A DNA stretch of 64,000 bases from an uncultured Oscillospiraceae bacterium (GTDB lineage: Bacteria > Bacillota > Clostridia > Oscillospirales > Oscillospiraceae). The notes under the pieces were generated by a model. The model saw only the letters and a list, made by a program, of their open reading frames with translations, searched no databases and was not told the DNA's origin. The stretch is taken from contig CANQTO010000007.1 of NCBI GenBank assembly GCA_947626785.1, forward strand, positions 5,548 through 69,547. The letters run 5' to 3'. The translations under genes were made by a program, and so were the position numbers. Of this stretch, positions 9,319 to 17,171 are shown one piece after another; the stretch's first letter is position 1; each line of letters opens with the position of its first letter.

Positions 9319-10596
9319 ATGGTCAAAGTTGATCTTTCCGGCGCGGGATCCTTCTTCACCGCCGCCGGCCCCGATTACGCCCTGGCGGGCCTGGCCCACG
9401 AGACGCTGTCCAGCCGCAGCGGCCTGGGCGCTGAATTCACCGGCTGGCTGGAGCTGCCCCAGCGCGTCCGCGAGACGGAGCTGGAGGGCATCCTGGCCGC
9501 CGCGTCCCTGATCCGCAGCCGCTCCAAGGCCCTGGTGGTCATCGGCATCGGCGGCTCCTACCTGGGCGCCCGGGGCGCTATCGAGCTGCTCAAGCCCATC
9601 CCCGGCCCAGGCGACCCTCGGGTCTTCTTCGTGGGCAACGGCCTGTCCCCCGACGCTCTGGGCGACACCCTGGAGCAGCTGGGCGACGCGGATTTTGACG
9701 TGAACGTCATCTCCAAATCCGGCACCACCCTGGAGCCGGCGGTCTCCTTCCGCATCTTCCGGGAGCTGCTGCAAAAGAAGTACGGGGCCGAGGCCGACGC
9801 GCACATCTTCGCCACTACCGACGCCAACAAGGGCGTGCTCAAGTCCCTGGCCCAGGCCCACGGCTGGACCAGCTTCGTGGTGCCCGATGACGTGGGCGGC
9901 CGCTTCAGCGTCCTGTCCGCGGTGGGCCTGCTGCCTATGGCCGTGGCCGGGATCGACATCGTCCGGGTGTTGGACGCGGCGGAGGCCGAATTCAAGGCTA
10001 TGGATCTGCGCTCCCCCGAGAACCCCGCCTGGCAGTATGCCGCCGCCCGGCAGCACCTGTACGGCAAGGGCTACGGCGTGGAGATCCTGGGCTGCTACGA
10101 GCCCAGCTTCCGCTTCATGGCCGAGTGGTGGAAGCAGCTCTACGGCGAGAGCGAGGGCAAGGACGGCAAGGGCATCTTCCCCGCCTCGGTGGAGTTCACC
10201 GCCGACCTGCACTCCATGGGCCAGTTCATCCAGTCCGGTCCCCGGATGCTGATGGAGTCCGTGGTGCGCTTCACCCAGAGCCGCCGGACCTGCCCCTTCC
10301 CCGTGGAGGAGGAGAACGCCGACGGGCTGAACTACCTGGCCGGCCGGGACCTGGCGGACATCTGCCATGTGGCGGCGGACGCGGTCCGGGACGCCCACGT
10401 GTCCGGCGGCGTGCCCAACATCGTCATTGAGGTCCCCCGGCGGGACGAAGAGGGCTTTGCCGCCCTGGTCTGCTTCTTCGAGCTGGCCTGCGCCATCTCC
10501 GGCTACATGTCCGGAGTCAATCCCTTCAACCAGCCCGGCGTGGAGGCCTATAAGAAGAATATGTTCCGCATGCTGGGCAAGCCCGGCGCGGTGTGA
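9319..10596 (+). CDS. pgi: glucose-6-phosphate isomerase (short Firmicutes type)
   Basis: The 425-aa product has two SIS-type domains (VVIGIGGSYLGARG; ISKSGTTLEP). AGGAGG lies upstream. Confidence 0.9.
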   Translation: MVKVDLSGAGSFFTAAGPDYALAGLAHETLSSRSGLGAEFTGWLELPQRVRETELEGILAAASLIRSRSKALVVIGIGGSYLGARGAIELLKPIPGPGDPRVFFVGNGLSPDALGDTLEQLGDADFDVNVISKSGTTLEPAVSFRIFRELLQKKYGAEADAHIFATTDANKGVLKSLAQAHGWTSFVVPDDVGGRFSVLSAVGLLPMAVAGIDIVRVLDAAEAEFKAMDLRSPENPAWQYAAARQHLYGKGYGVEILGCYEPSFRFMAEWWKQLYGESEGKDGKGIFPASVEFTADLHSMGQFIQSGPRMLMESVVRFTQSRRTCPFPVEEENADGLNYLAGRDLADICHVAADAVRDAHVSGGVPNIVIEVPRRDEEGFAALVCFFELACAISGYMSGVNPFNQPGVEAYKKNMFRMLGKPGAV

Positions 10597-10605
10597 GATC
10601 TCATC

Positions 10606-10644
10606 AATAAAGAAGCTCCCCTGATGAAGGGGAGCTTCTTTATT
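10606..10644. terminator. bidirectional intrinsic terminator between pgi and the convergent small gene
   Basis: A perfect 16-bp stem, AATAAAGAAGCTCCCC / GGGGAGCTTCTTTATT, with A/T runs on both sides. Confidence 0.8.
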
Positions 10645-10819
10645 GGGCTCCGTGTAGAAACACGATTCTATCTTCACCGTTTATATACAGATCCTCTGTT
10701 TCGATCTGCGCTTGTTTCAGAATCTCGCAGGCTTTTTCCGTTTCTCCTTTTTCGAGTTCCCGCAGAGCGTCCGTCACATAATTGAACAATCTCAGGTACA
10801 TTTTCTTATATGGCACCAT
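10640..10819 (-). CDS. small (59 aa) helical hypothetical protein in an AT-rich islet
   Basis: This is ORF 10640..10870. I prefer the start at ATG 10819 (MVPYKKMYLRLFNYVTDALRELEKGE...) because GGAGGTGA lies 6 nt upstream. The longer version would read through a palindromic operator. I recall similar short MYL.LFN..TDAL proteins next to XRE regulators in Clostridia, but the function is unknown. Confidence 0.5.
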   Translation of the reverse strand: MVPYKKMYLRLFNYVTDALRELEKGETEKACEILKQAQIETEDLYINGEDRIVFLHGAQ

Positions 10820-10843
10820 CTCTCTCACCTCCGCTCCCTCCAT

Positions 10844-10865
10844 TATAGTCGTTATATCGATTATA
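10844..10865. promoter_or_regulatory. palindromic operator candidate in the divergent promoter region
   Basis: The sequence TATAgTCGtTATAtCGAtTATA is symmetric about 10854/10855. It also reads as a 9-bp direct repeat ATTATAGTC at 10842-10850 and 10860-10868. It overlaps a weak -35 for the HTH gene (TAGTCA, 17 nt, TACACT at 10887-10892). Confidence 0.4.
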
Positions 10866-10916
10866 GTCAAGTTTGTAAAAGGAACTTACACTGGAGGTGT
10901 AAGAGAGGTGAGCGTG

Positions 10917-11135
10917 GTGATTGTATATACGCCATTCTGGGAAACCCTGAAAAATTCTGAGGAATCCACGTATACTCTCATCAAAAAGTACCACATTTCT
11001 GGCTCTACCATCGACCGTCTCCGCAAGAATCTGCCTGTGAGCACCACTACGCTCAACGATCTCTGCCGTATCCTCGATTGCCCCGTGGAAGCGATTCTTG
11101 TTTATACACCGTCAGAGGATGACCAACTGCTATAA
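10917..11135 (+). CDS. XRE/Cro-C1 type helix-turn-helix transcriptional regulator (~72 aa)
   Basis: This is the C-terminal part of ORF 10782..11135. The start is a GTG at 10908, 10914 or 10917, with GGAGG and AGAGAGG upstream. The sequence IVYTPFWETLKNSEESTYTLIKKYHISGSTIDRLRKNLPVSTTTLNDLCRILDCPVEAIL matches a short HTH family common in Clostridia. Confidence 0.75.
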   Translation: MIVYTPFWETLKNSEESTYTLIKKYHISGSTIDRLRKNLPVSTTTLNDLCRILDCPVEAILVYTPSEDDQLL

Positions 11136-11145
11136 ACAAAAAACC

Positions 11146-11175
11146 TTGACAGGTAAGCCCGCCAAGGTCTATAAT
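11146..11175 (+). promoter_or_regulatory. near-consensus sigma-70 promoter driving a structured RNA
   Basis: TTGACA (11146-11151), an 18-nt spacer, then TATAAT (11170-11175). It starts 11 nt after the HTH gene stop. Confidence 0.65.
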
Positions 11176-11182
11176 AAACATA

Positions 11183-11385
11183 TAAAGGGATGCTGCGACA
11201 AGCGGTTAGCCCGTTAGTTAGGTTTCTAAGAAAGAACCGTCACCGTGCCGGGTGGCGGTTCGTCCTTTTCACAGTCAGCGTTATGGTATATCTTCCGATA
11301 TGTAACGTCAATGTGATAGGCATATGCCTCACCTCCTTTACAGAGGTGTGACTAGCCGCCTGCCGTTGTGCAGCATCCCAGTGCA
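11183..11385 (+). ncRNA. ~200-nt structured RNA, class unassigned; 6S-like closing stem, central region and terminal arm
   Basis: GGGATGCTGC (11187-11196) pairs perfectly with GCAGCATCCC (11371-11380). The helix extends through ACAA/TTGT and GCGGTTAG/CTAGCCGC. Internal elements are an 11-bp hairpin GAACCGTCACC/GGTGGCGGTTC and a long irregular arm TCACA..CGTTA..ATATC-TTCC-GATAT..TAACG..TGTGA. There are also an AGGCATATGCCT palindrome and a CACCTC/GAGGTG hairpin. No ORF is present and there is no downstream gene on this strand. Confidence 0.45.
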
Positions 11386-11537
11386 TAAAAGCACCAAAGC
11401 CAGAATAGCATAAAAGATAGCTGAAATCAAGAGTTAAGTTAACATAAAGTCGATTCTGGGCAATTCAGGAAAATGCAGCATTCATTTGCTCTTGCAAATT
11501 TCCGTTCATCGCGGGGAGCTGCTTCTCTCGCCTCTTT

Positions 11538-12665
11538 TTACGCGACTCTCCGGCCGCCGATGTAGACGGCCCGGCGGCTCAGGTCCTCGCCGCAGACCAC
11601 AAAGTCCGCCAGCTTGCCCGGCTCGATAGAGCCGATCTCCGCCTCCCGGCCCAGCTCTTTGGCCGGGATGAGGCTGGCCGAGAGGATGGCCTGCTCCCGG
11701 GGGATGCCGAAGGCGACGGCGTTGCGCAGGCAGAGGTACAGGTTCGACGCGGAGCCGGCGATGGTGCCGTCGGCCAAGCGGGCGATGTTGTCCTTCAGAT
11801 ACGTCTCCTGGCCCGCCAGCATGTAGGCCCCGTCGGGCATGCCGCAGCAGCGCAGGGCGTCGGAGATCAGGCAGATGCGGCCCGGGAAGAGCCGGAAGGC
11901 CGCCCGGACGGAGCTGGGGTGCACGTGCAGTCCGTCGCAGATGAGCTCCGCCACCACGTCCTCCCGCTCCGCCGCCGCGCCGATGACGCCGGGGTTTCGG
12001 TGGTGCAGGGGGGGCATGGCGTTGAAGAGATGGGTCAGGTGCCGGGCCCCGGCCTCAAAGGCCCGCCGGGCCGCCTCGTAGTCCGCGTCCGTGTGGGCCA
12101 CCGACACGGTGCAGAGCTTGGAGGCCTGGCGGATGAAGTCCTCCGCCCCGGGCAGCTCCGGCGCGATATCCGCCACCCGGATCAGGCCGCCGCAGCCCTC
12201 CTGGAGCTTTCGGAAGGCCTCAAAGTCCGGCAGCCGGAGATAGGCCCCGTTCTGGGCTCCTTTTTTCTTCTCGGAGAAGAAGGGCCCCTCCATCTGGATG
12301 CCCATCAGCCGGGCGCAGCCCTCGGGCCGCTCACCGGCCAGCCGCCGGGCGGTACCGAAGGCCCGCTCCAGCTCCTCATAGGGCAGGGTCATGGAGGCGG
12401 GGGCGAAGGAGGTGACGCCCTGGGAGGCCAGATACCCGGCCATCTTCACCAGGCCCTCGTAGTCCCCGTCGGAGAAGTCCGCCCCGGAGTTGCCGTGGGT
12501 GTGCAGGTCCACCAGGCCCGGGATCACCAGGGCCCCCTCCAGGTCCACCGCCTCCCCGGCGGGCGCGGGTTCGTACAGGGCGGCAAAGCGGCCGTTCTCC
12601 ACCGAGAAGCCCCCGCGGACGAAACGGCCCTCAGCCGTAAAGATCACAGCGTTCGTATACAACAT
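11538..12665 (-). CDS. nagA: N-acetylglucosamine-6-phosphate deacetylase
   Basis: This is ORF 11538..12707 with the start at ATG 12665 (MLYTNAVIFT), GGAGGA 7 nt upstream. It has the amidohydrolase metal motif DLHTHGNSGADF and a NagA-like length. Confidence 0.85.
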   Translation of the reverse strand: MLYTNAVIFTAEGRFVRGGFSVENGRFAALYEPAPAGEAVDLEGALVIPGLVDLHTHGNSGADFSDGDYEGLVKMAGYLASQGVTSFAPASMTLPYEELERAFGTARRLAGERPEGCARLMGIQMEGPFFSEKKKGAQNGAYLRLPDFEAFRKLQEGCGGLIRVADIAPELPGAEDFIRQASKLCTVSVAHTDADYEAARRAFEAGARHLTHLFNAMPPLHHRNPGVIGAAAEREDVVAELICDGLHVHPSSVRAAFRLFPGRICLISDALRCCGMPDGAYMLAGQETYLKDNIARLADGTIAGSASNLYLCLRNAVAFGIPREQAILSASLIPAKELGREAEIGSIEPGKLADFVVCGEDLSRRAVYIGGRRVA

Positions 12666-12733
12666 GGAAAAGTCCTCCGTTTTTCTGTTTGCTCTCCAGT
12701 ATACCACCGAAAGCTCACGCGGAAAAGAGGTAA

Positions 12734-12769
12734 ATTAACCGGCGCAGTCGAAAGACCGCGCCGGTTAAT
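12734..12769 (-). terminator. hairpin terminator after the lipoprotein gene
   Basis: A 12-bp stem ATTAACCGGCGC / GCGCCGGTTAAT sits 6 nt downstream of the stop. A moderately T-rich tract follows on the minus strand. Confidence 0.5.
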
Positions 12770-12774
12770 CTGTT

Positions 12775-15144
12775 TTATCCCTGTTCGCCCATGTAGAGGC
12801 TCACCTTGCTCTGAATCAGCTTTGCCGCCTCCTCGGCGCTCTTCTGGCCGGAGAAATAAGCCTGGGCGTCCTCCAGGATGATGTCAAAGAGGGTGTCCGC
12901 AGCGGGGCGGACGGCCTTGGTGCAGTTCTCCACTAAGGTGCGGAGCCGGCCGGCCTGGGCCTGGGTGGTGCAGTAGAGTGGCACGCCGTCCATGTAGACG
13001 ATGGGCTGCTGGATCCGGTTCCCGTCCGCGTCCAGGACGTAGTTGCCCTGCTCGTCCAGCTGGTAGGTGGGGGTCATGGCCACGGCCAGATTCTTCTCGA
13101 ACCGGGCCCGGTTGCTGGGCAGCTTGTACTGGTTGCTCTGGTAGTCCGCCGTCATGAAGACCCGCAGGAAGGCCCAGGCGGCCTCCTTGTCGGCGCAGGC
13201 GGCGCTCATGGCGAAGCCCTCGTCCAGGTCGATGGCGCTGCCGCAGCTGCCGTCAAAGCTGGGGTAGCCGATGTAGACCGTGCTGCCCTCGCCGCCGAAA
13301 TAGAGCTCGTCAAAGGCCATGCTCCGAAACTCATTGACCGTCACGCTCCGGAGCAGCTGGGCGCCGCCGCCGGCCTCCACCGGCGCCTCCGCCGGGAAGC
13401 GATCGGCAAAGTCCAGCAGGGCCAGGAAGTCCTCGCTGTCAAAACGGCAGCTGCCGGCGGCCCAGTCTACTAAGCTGTCCATATTCACCTCCAGGCACCT
13501 GCGCAGGGCCTCGGTCTTCGTCATGGAGGCGGAGAAGATCGTGCTTCCCTCCGGCAGAGCGGCCAGGGCGGCGTACAGATCCTCATAGGTCCAGCCCTGC
13601 CGGTCCCCCACCAGGTCCCGGGCCCCGATGGCCGTGGAGACGGAGAAATAGGGGCAGACCTGGTAGAGCCCGCCGCCGGTCTCCATGGCGTTGAGCACCG
13701 AGGGGAAGAAGTCCTCCCGGCTCAGCTCCCCGTCCCCGTCCAGCCAGGGGTACAGGTCCTCCAGCAGGCCCTTGGCGGCCAGCTGGTCATAGGGCAGGCC
13801 GCTCAGGGCCAGGATGTCCGGCAGCTTGCCGCTTAGGATCTCGGTGGTCAGCTTGGTGAGACCGGCGCTCTCGTCCCCATCGGCGTTGTACTGGCTGTAA
13901 TCCGTCACCTGGATGCGGGTGTCCGGGCTCTGCCGGTTGAAGGCGATCACGGCGTTTTGGGCGTTGTAGTCCAGGTCCACGGCGGCCAGGGTCAGGACCC
14001 GCTTCTCCGCCGCCGCGTCCGCGGCCCCCGGGTTCAGGGTGACCAGGTAGGAGCTGGTCTCGTCCCCGGACCAGTCGTTTTCCACCGCCAGGACGGTCCC
14101 CGCCCGCAGGGTCAGGCCGCTGAGATCGCTGCTGTTCACGTCGCAGTCCAGCCAGCTGAGGATGGGCTCCTTCTCCCCCGTCTCCAGCCGGTAACCGCAG
14201 AGGCTGGAGCCGCCGTTATAGTAGAAGTCAAAAGTGTCGTCCCCGGGGATCAGCTCCATGACGTCGGAGGGCAGGGTATAGCTCTCCCCGAAGCCCTTGG
14301 CCTCGGCGTCGATCAGCTGGAGGCCCCAGCCGGAGGGCAGCTGGCCCAGGGCCGCCGGCCTCCCGCCGCTGAGCAGGGCCAGGCCCTGGAGGTAGCCGTC
14401 AAAGCTCATCCGGTAGGCCACGCTGCCGTCCTCCCGCAGAGCCGCCACACAGCTCTCACCCTCGTTGGAGATGTAGGACAGGAGCAGGTCGCCCTTCCCG
14501 TCCGGCACGCAGCCCTCGTTGATGTACAGCATGTCGTCCAGCTCCGGCTCCGCCCGGCTCAGTTCCCCGCCGTTTTCATCCAGGCGGCGGACATAGCAGC
14601 GGGTCTCCGTCTGGAGATACTGCCAGTACTCCTCGTCCTCCTGGGTCAGCCCCTCGGGCCCTGCGTACCAGGAGGCGGTGCCGGTCTCCAGAGCCACCAG
14701 CTCCCCGGCCTCGTTGAGAAACAGGCCCGTCAGGCCGCTGCTGGACTCAAAACCGGCATAGCCCTCGGTGTTTTCCCACACGCAGGCGGGGCTGTAGTCC
14801 TCCAGCCGCCTCAGCTGCCCGTCATAGCTGACGAACCAGTAGCTGTACTGGTAGCTGTCGTACTGCCCCGCGTAGCCCTCGGTCACGCCCTCGCCCAGCT
14901 GGGCGCCCATGTTCTCATAGATCCGGGCGTAGAAGCCCTCATCCGTGTAGAGCAGGGGCGTGACCGACTCCCGCAGGCCCTCGTGCAGCTTCAGGAAATC
15001 CGCGGTATAGCGCGTCTGCCCGCTCCCACCGGCCGGGGCCTCGGCCGCCGGGCCGGCCGGCTCCTCTTTCGCGCCGCAGGCGGCCAGGCCCAGAAGCAGG
15101 GCCAGGGCCAGAAGGGCGGCAAGCGTTTTTCTCAGAGTTTTCAT
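12775..15144 (-). CDS. large lipoprotein (~789 aa): unknown N-terminal half plus family-1 extracellular solute-binding (SBP)-like C-terminal half
   Basis: This is ORF 12775..15231 with the start at ATG 15144. The N-terminus MKTLRKTLAALLALALLLGLAAC is a signal peptide with a lipobox, and AGGAGGA lies upstream. The C-terminal ~400 aa resemble sugar-type SBPs (my recollection of the fold-family pattern). No permease genes are adjacent. Confidence 0.6.
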   Translation of the reverse strand: MKTLRKTLAALLALALLLGLAACGAKEEPAGPAAEAPAGGSGQTRYTADFLKLHEGLRESVTPLLYTDEGFYARIYENMGAQLGEGVTEGYAGQYDSYQYSYWFVSYDGQLRRLEDYSPACVWENTEGYAGFESSSGLTGLFLNEAGELVALETGTASWYAGPEGLTQEDEEYWQYLQTETRCYVRRLDENGGELSRAEPELDDMLYINEGCVPDGKGDLLLSYISNEGESCVAALREDGSVAYRMSFDGYLQGLALLSGGRPAALGQLPSGWGLQLIDAEAKGFGESYTLPSDVMELIPGDDTFDFYYNGGSSLCGYRLETGEKEPILSWLDCDVNSSDLSGLTLRAGTVLAVENDWSGDETSSYLVTLNPGAADAAAEKRVLTLAAVDLDYNAQNAVIAFNRQSPDTRIQVTDYSQYNADGDESAGLTKLTTEILSGKLPDILALSGLPYDQLAAKGLLEDLYPWLDGDGELSREDFFPSVLNAMETGGGLYQVCPYFSVSTAIGARDLVGDRQGWTYEDLYAALAALPEGSTIFSASMTKTEALRRCLEVNMDSLVDWAAGSCRFDSEDFLALLDFADRFPAEAPVEAGGGAQLLRSVTVNEFRSMAFDELYFGGEGSTVYIGYPSFDGSCGSAIDLDEGFAMSAACADKEAAWAFLRVFMTADYQSNQYKLPSNRARFEKNLAVAMTPTYQLDEQGNYVLDADGNRIQQPIVYMDGVPLYCTTQAQAGRLRTLVENCTKAVRPAADTLFDIILEDAQAYFSGQKSAEEAAKLIQSKVSLYMGEQG

Positions 15145-15149
15145 AGAAA

Positions 15150-15180
15150 GATCCTCCTGAATGATTCGTTCAGGAGGATC
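15150..15180 (-). promoter_or_regulatory. perfect 12-bp hairpin sequestering the Shine-Dalgarno of the lipoprotein gene
   Basis: In mRNA sense the sequence is GAUCCUCCUGAA-cgaauca-UUCAGGAGGAUC-uuucu-AUG. The 3' arm contains the AGGAGGA SD and the 5' arm is a perfect anti-SD. Confidence 0.6.
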
Positions 15181-15263
15181 ATAGCTTCCGAACAAGGCCA
15201 GGGTGTGAACAAAGCCTTGTTTTTTCTTCATGGAAATCTTAAGATTTCTTCACAAAAGACAGC

Positions 15264-17171
15264 TTATTCAAGCTCAAAAGCGCCCGTATAAAGCTGGTAG
15301 TACGTGCCCTTCTCCGAGATGAGCTTCTCGTGACTGCCCCGCTCGATGATGCGGCCGTGGTCCAGCACCATGATGACGTCCGAGTTCATGACCGTGGAGA
15401 GCCGGTGGGCAATGACGAAGACGGTGCGGCCCTCCATGAGCTTATCCATGCCCCGCTGGACGATGGCCTCGGTGCGGGTATCGATGGAGGAGGTGGCCTC
15501 GTCCAGGATCATCACCGGCGGGTCCGCCACGGCGGCCCGGGCGATAGCCAGCAGCTGCCGCTGGCCCTGGGACAGGTTGGCGCCGTTGTTGGCCAGCATG
15601 GTCTGGTAGCCCTCGGGCAGGCGGGTGATGAAGTCGTCGGCCCCGGCCAGCTTGGCGGCGGCCCGGCAGTCCTCATCGGTGGCCTCCAGCCGGCCGTAGC
15701 GGATGTTCTCCATGACGGTGCCGGTGAAGAGGTTGGTGTCCTGGAGGACCAGGCCCAGGGAGCGGCGCAGATCGGCCTTCTTGATCTTGTTGATGTTGAT
15801 GCCGTCGTAGCGGATCTTGCCGTCGTCGATGTCGTAGAAGCGGTTGATGAGGTTGGTGATGGTGGTCTTGCCCGCGCCGGTAGCGCCTACGAAGGCCACC
15901 TTCTGGCCTGGCTCGGCGTAGACGGAGACGTTGTGTAGGACCTCCTTCCCCTCCTCATAGGCAAAGTCCACATCCACCATGCGCACGTCGCCCTGCAGGG
16001 GAGTATAGGTGACGGTGCCGTCGGCCTGATGGGGGTGCCGCCAGGCCCAGCGGCCCGTGCGCTCGGCGGACTCGGTCACGTTCCCGTCCGCGTCCACCTG
16101 GGCGTTGACCAGGGTCACGTAGCCGTTGTCCGCCTCGGGCTTCTCGTCCACCAGGGCGAAGACCCGGCTGGCGCCGGCCCCGGCCATGATGATGGAGTTG
16201 ACCTGCTGGGACAGCTGGTTGACGTTGCCGGTGAACTGCTTGGCCATGCCCAGGAAGGGGATCATGATGGCGATGCTGAAGGGCTGGCCGGACAGGCTCA
16301 GGTTGGGGATCCCGGTGAGCAGGATCACGCCGCCCACCAGGGCCATGGCCACATAGAGGATGTTGCCGATGTTGTTGTTGATGGGGCCCATGATGTTGGC
16401 GTAAGCGTGGGCCCGGCGGCTGTCCTCATACAGCGCGTCGTTGACCTTGTCGAAGTCCTCGATGCTCTGCTGCTCGTGGCAGAAGACCTTGATGACCTTC
16501 TGGCCGTTCATGAACTCCTGCACCGTGCCCTCGGTGGCAGCCACGGACTTCTGCTGGCGCATGAAGTATTTGGCGGAGCCGCCGCCCACCTTCCGCACCA
16601 CCAGGAACATGAAGAACACGCCCACCAGCAGCACCAAGGTCATCCAGATGCTGAAGTACAGCATGATAGCCAGCACCACCAGGATGATAGCCCCACACTG
16701 GATCAGGCTGGGCAGGGACTGGGACACCAGCATCCGCAGGGTGTCGATGTCGTTGGTGTAGTGGCTCATGATGTCGCCGTGCTTATGGGTGTCGAAATAG
16801 CGGATGGGCAGGTCCTGCATCCCGCCGAAGAGCTCCTGGCGCATCTTGTCCAGAAAGCCCTGGGTCATGTAGGCCATCAGCTGGGTCTGGATCAGGATGG
16901 CTATGATAGACAGCGCGTAGAGGGTGATGAGCAGGGCGATGACAGGGATCAGCTCCGCCTTGGCGGCGGCCCAGTCCCGGCTCACATACCATTTTTCGAT
17001 GGTCTGGATCACGTTCTGGATGAACAGGGAGGGGATGGAGGAGACCACCGAGGAGAACAGGCAGCACAGCATGGTCAAGGGGGCCAGCACCGGATAGTAG
17101 CCGAAGAACTTCTTGATGGTCCGCTTGATGGCGGCAAAGCTCCCGGTGGGTATGGGTCTCTTATTCTTCAT
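15264..17171 (-). CDS. ABC exporter, fused permease/ATPase (type 1 exporter, heterodimer partner B)
   Basis: This is ORF 15264..17201 with the start at ATG 17171 (MKNKRP), overlapping the upstream stop. It has an N-terminal 6-TM domain, Walker A GATGAGKTT, signature LSQGQRQ and Walker B ILDEAT. Confidence 0.85.
   Translation of the reverse strand: MKNKRPIPTGSFAAIKRTIKKFFGYYPVLAPLTMLCCLFSSVVSSIPSLFIQNVIQTIEKWYVSRDWAAAKAELIPVIALLITLYALSIIAILIQTQLMAYMTQGFLDKMRQELFGGMQDLPIRYFDTHKHGDIMSHYTNDIDTLRMLVSQSLPSLIQCGAIILVVLAIMLYFSIWMTLVLLVGVFFMFLVVRKVGGGSAKYFMRQQKSVAATEGTVQEFMNGQKVIKVFCHEQQSIEDFDKVNDALYEDSRRAHAYANIMGPINNNIGNILYVAMALVGGVILLTGIPNLSLSGQPFSIAIMIPFLGMAKQFTGNVNQLSQQVNSIIMAGAGASRVFALVDEKPEADNGYVTLVNAQVDADGNVTESAERTGRWAWRHPHQADGTVTYTPLQGDVRMVDVDFAYEEGKEVLHNVSVYAEPGQKVAFVGATGAGKTTITNLINRFYDIDDGKIRYDGININKIKKADLRRSLGLVLQDTNLFTGTVMENIRYGRLEATDEDCRAAAKLAGADDFITRLPEGYQTMLANNGANLSQGQRQLLAIARAAVADPPVMILDEATSSIDTRTEAIVQRGMDKLMEGRTVFVIAHRLSTVMNSDVIMVLDHGRIIERGSHEKLISEKGTYYQLYTGAFELE

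Noticed and set aside
10820-10870. Longer N-terminal extensions offered by the ORF track: 10640..10870, 12775..15231, 21474..22982, 59271..59876, 59856..61523, 62172..63977, 23115..24410 and 11538..12707.
   Set aside because: In each case an internal start has a proper SD and gives the expected family N-terminus or signal peptide. The extension runs through a promoter, operator, riboswitch or hairpin.
11234-11270. A GGTTCG-containing GC-rich hairpin followed by GTCCTTTT. This suggested either a tRNA T-arm or an early terminator giving an ~85-nt RNA.
   Set aside because: There is no cloverleaf, no acceptor pairing and no GGTTCGAATCC-type loop, so it is not a tRNA. The U-tract is weak. The perfect long-range helix 11187-11196/11371-11380 argues that the functional unit is the ~200-nt RNA. 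Early termination remains possible.
10597-11537. The AT-rich islet considered as an intact prophage, ICE or IS element.
   Set aside because: It has no integrase, transposase or recombinase, no terminal repeats, and no tRNA attachment site. At best it is a remnant or a small acquired module.
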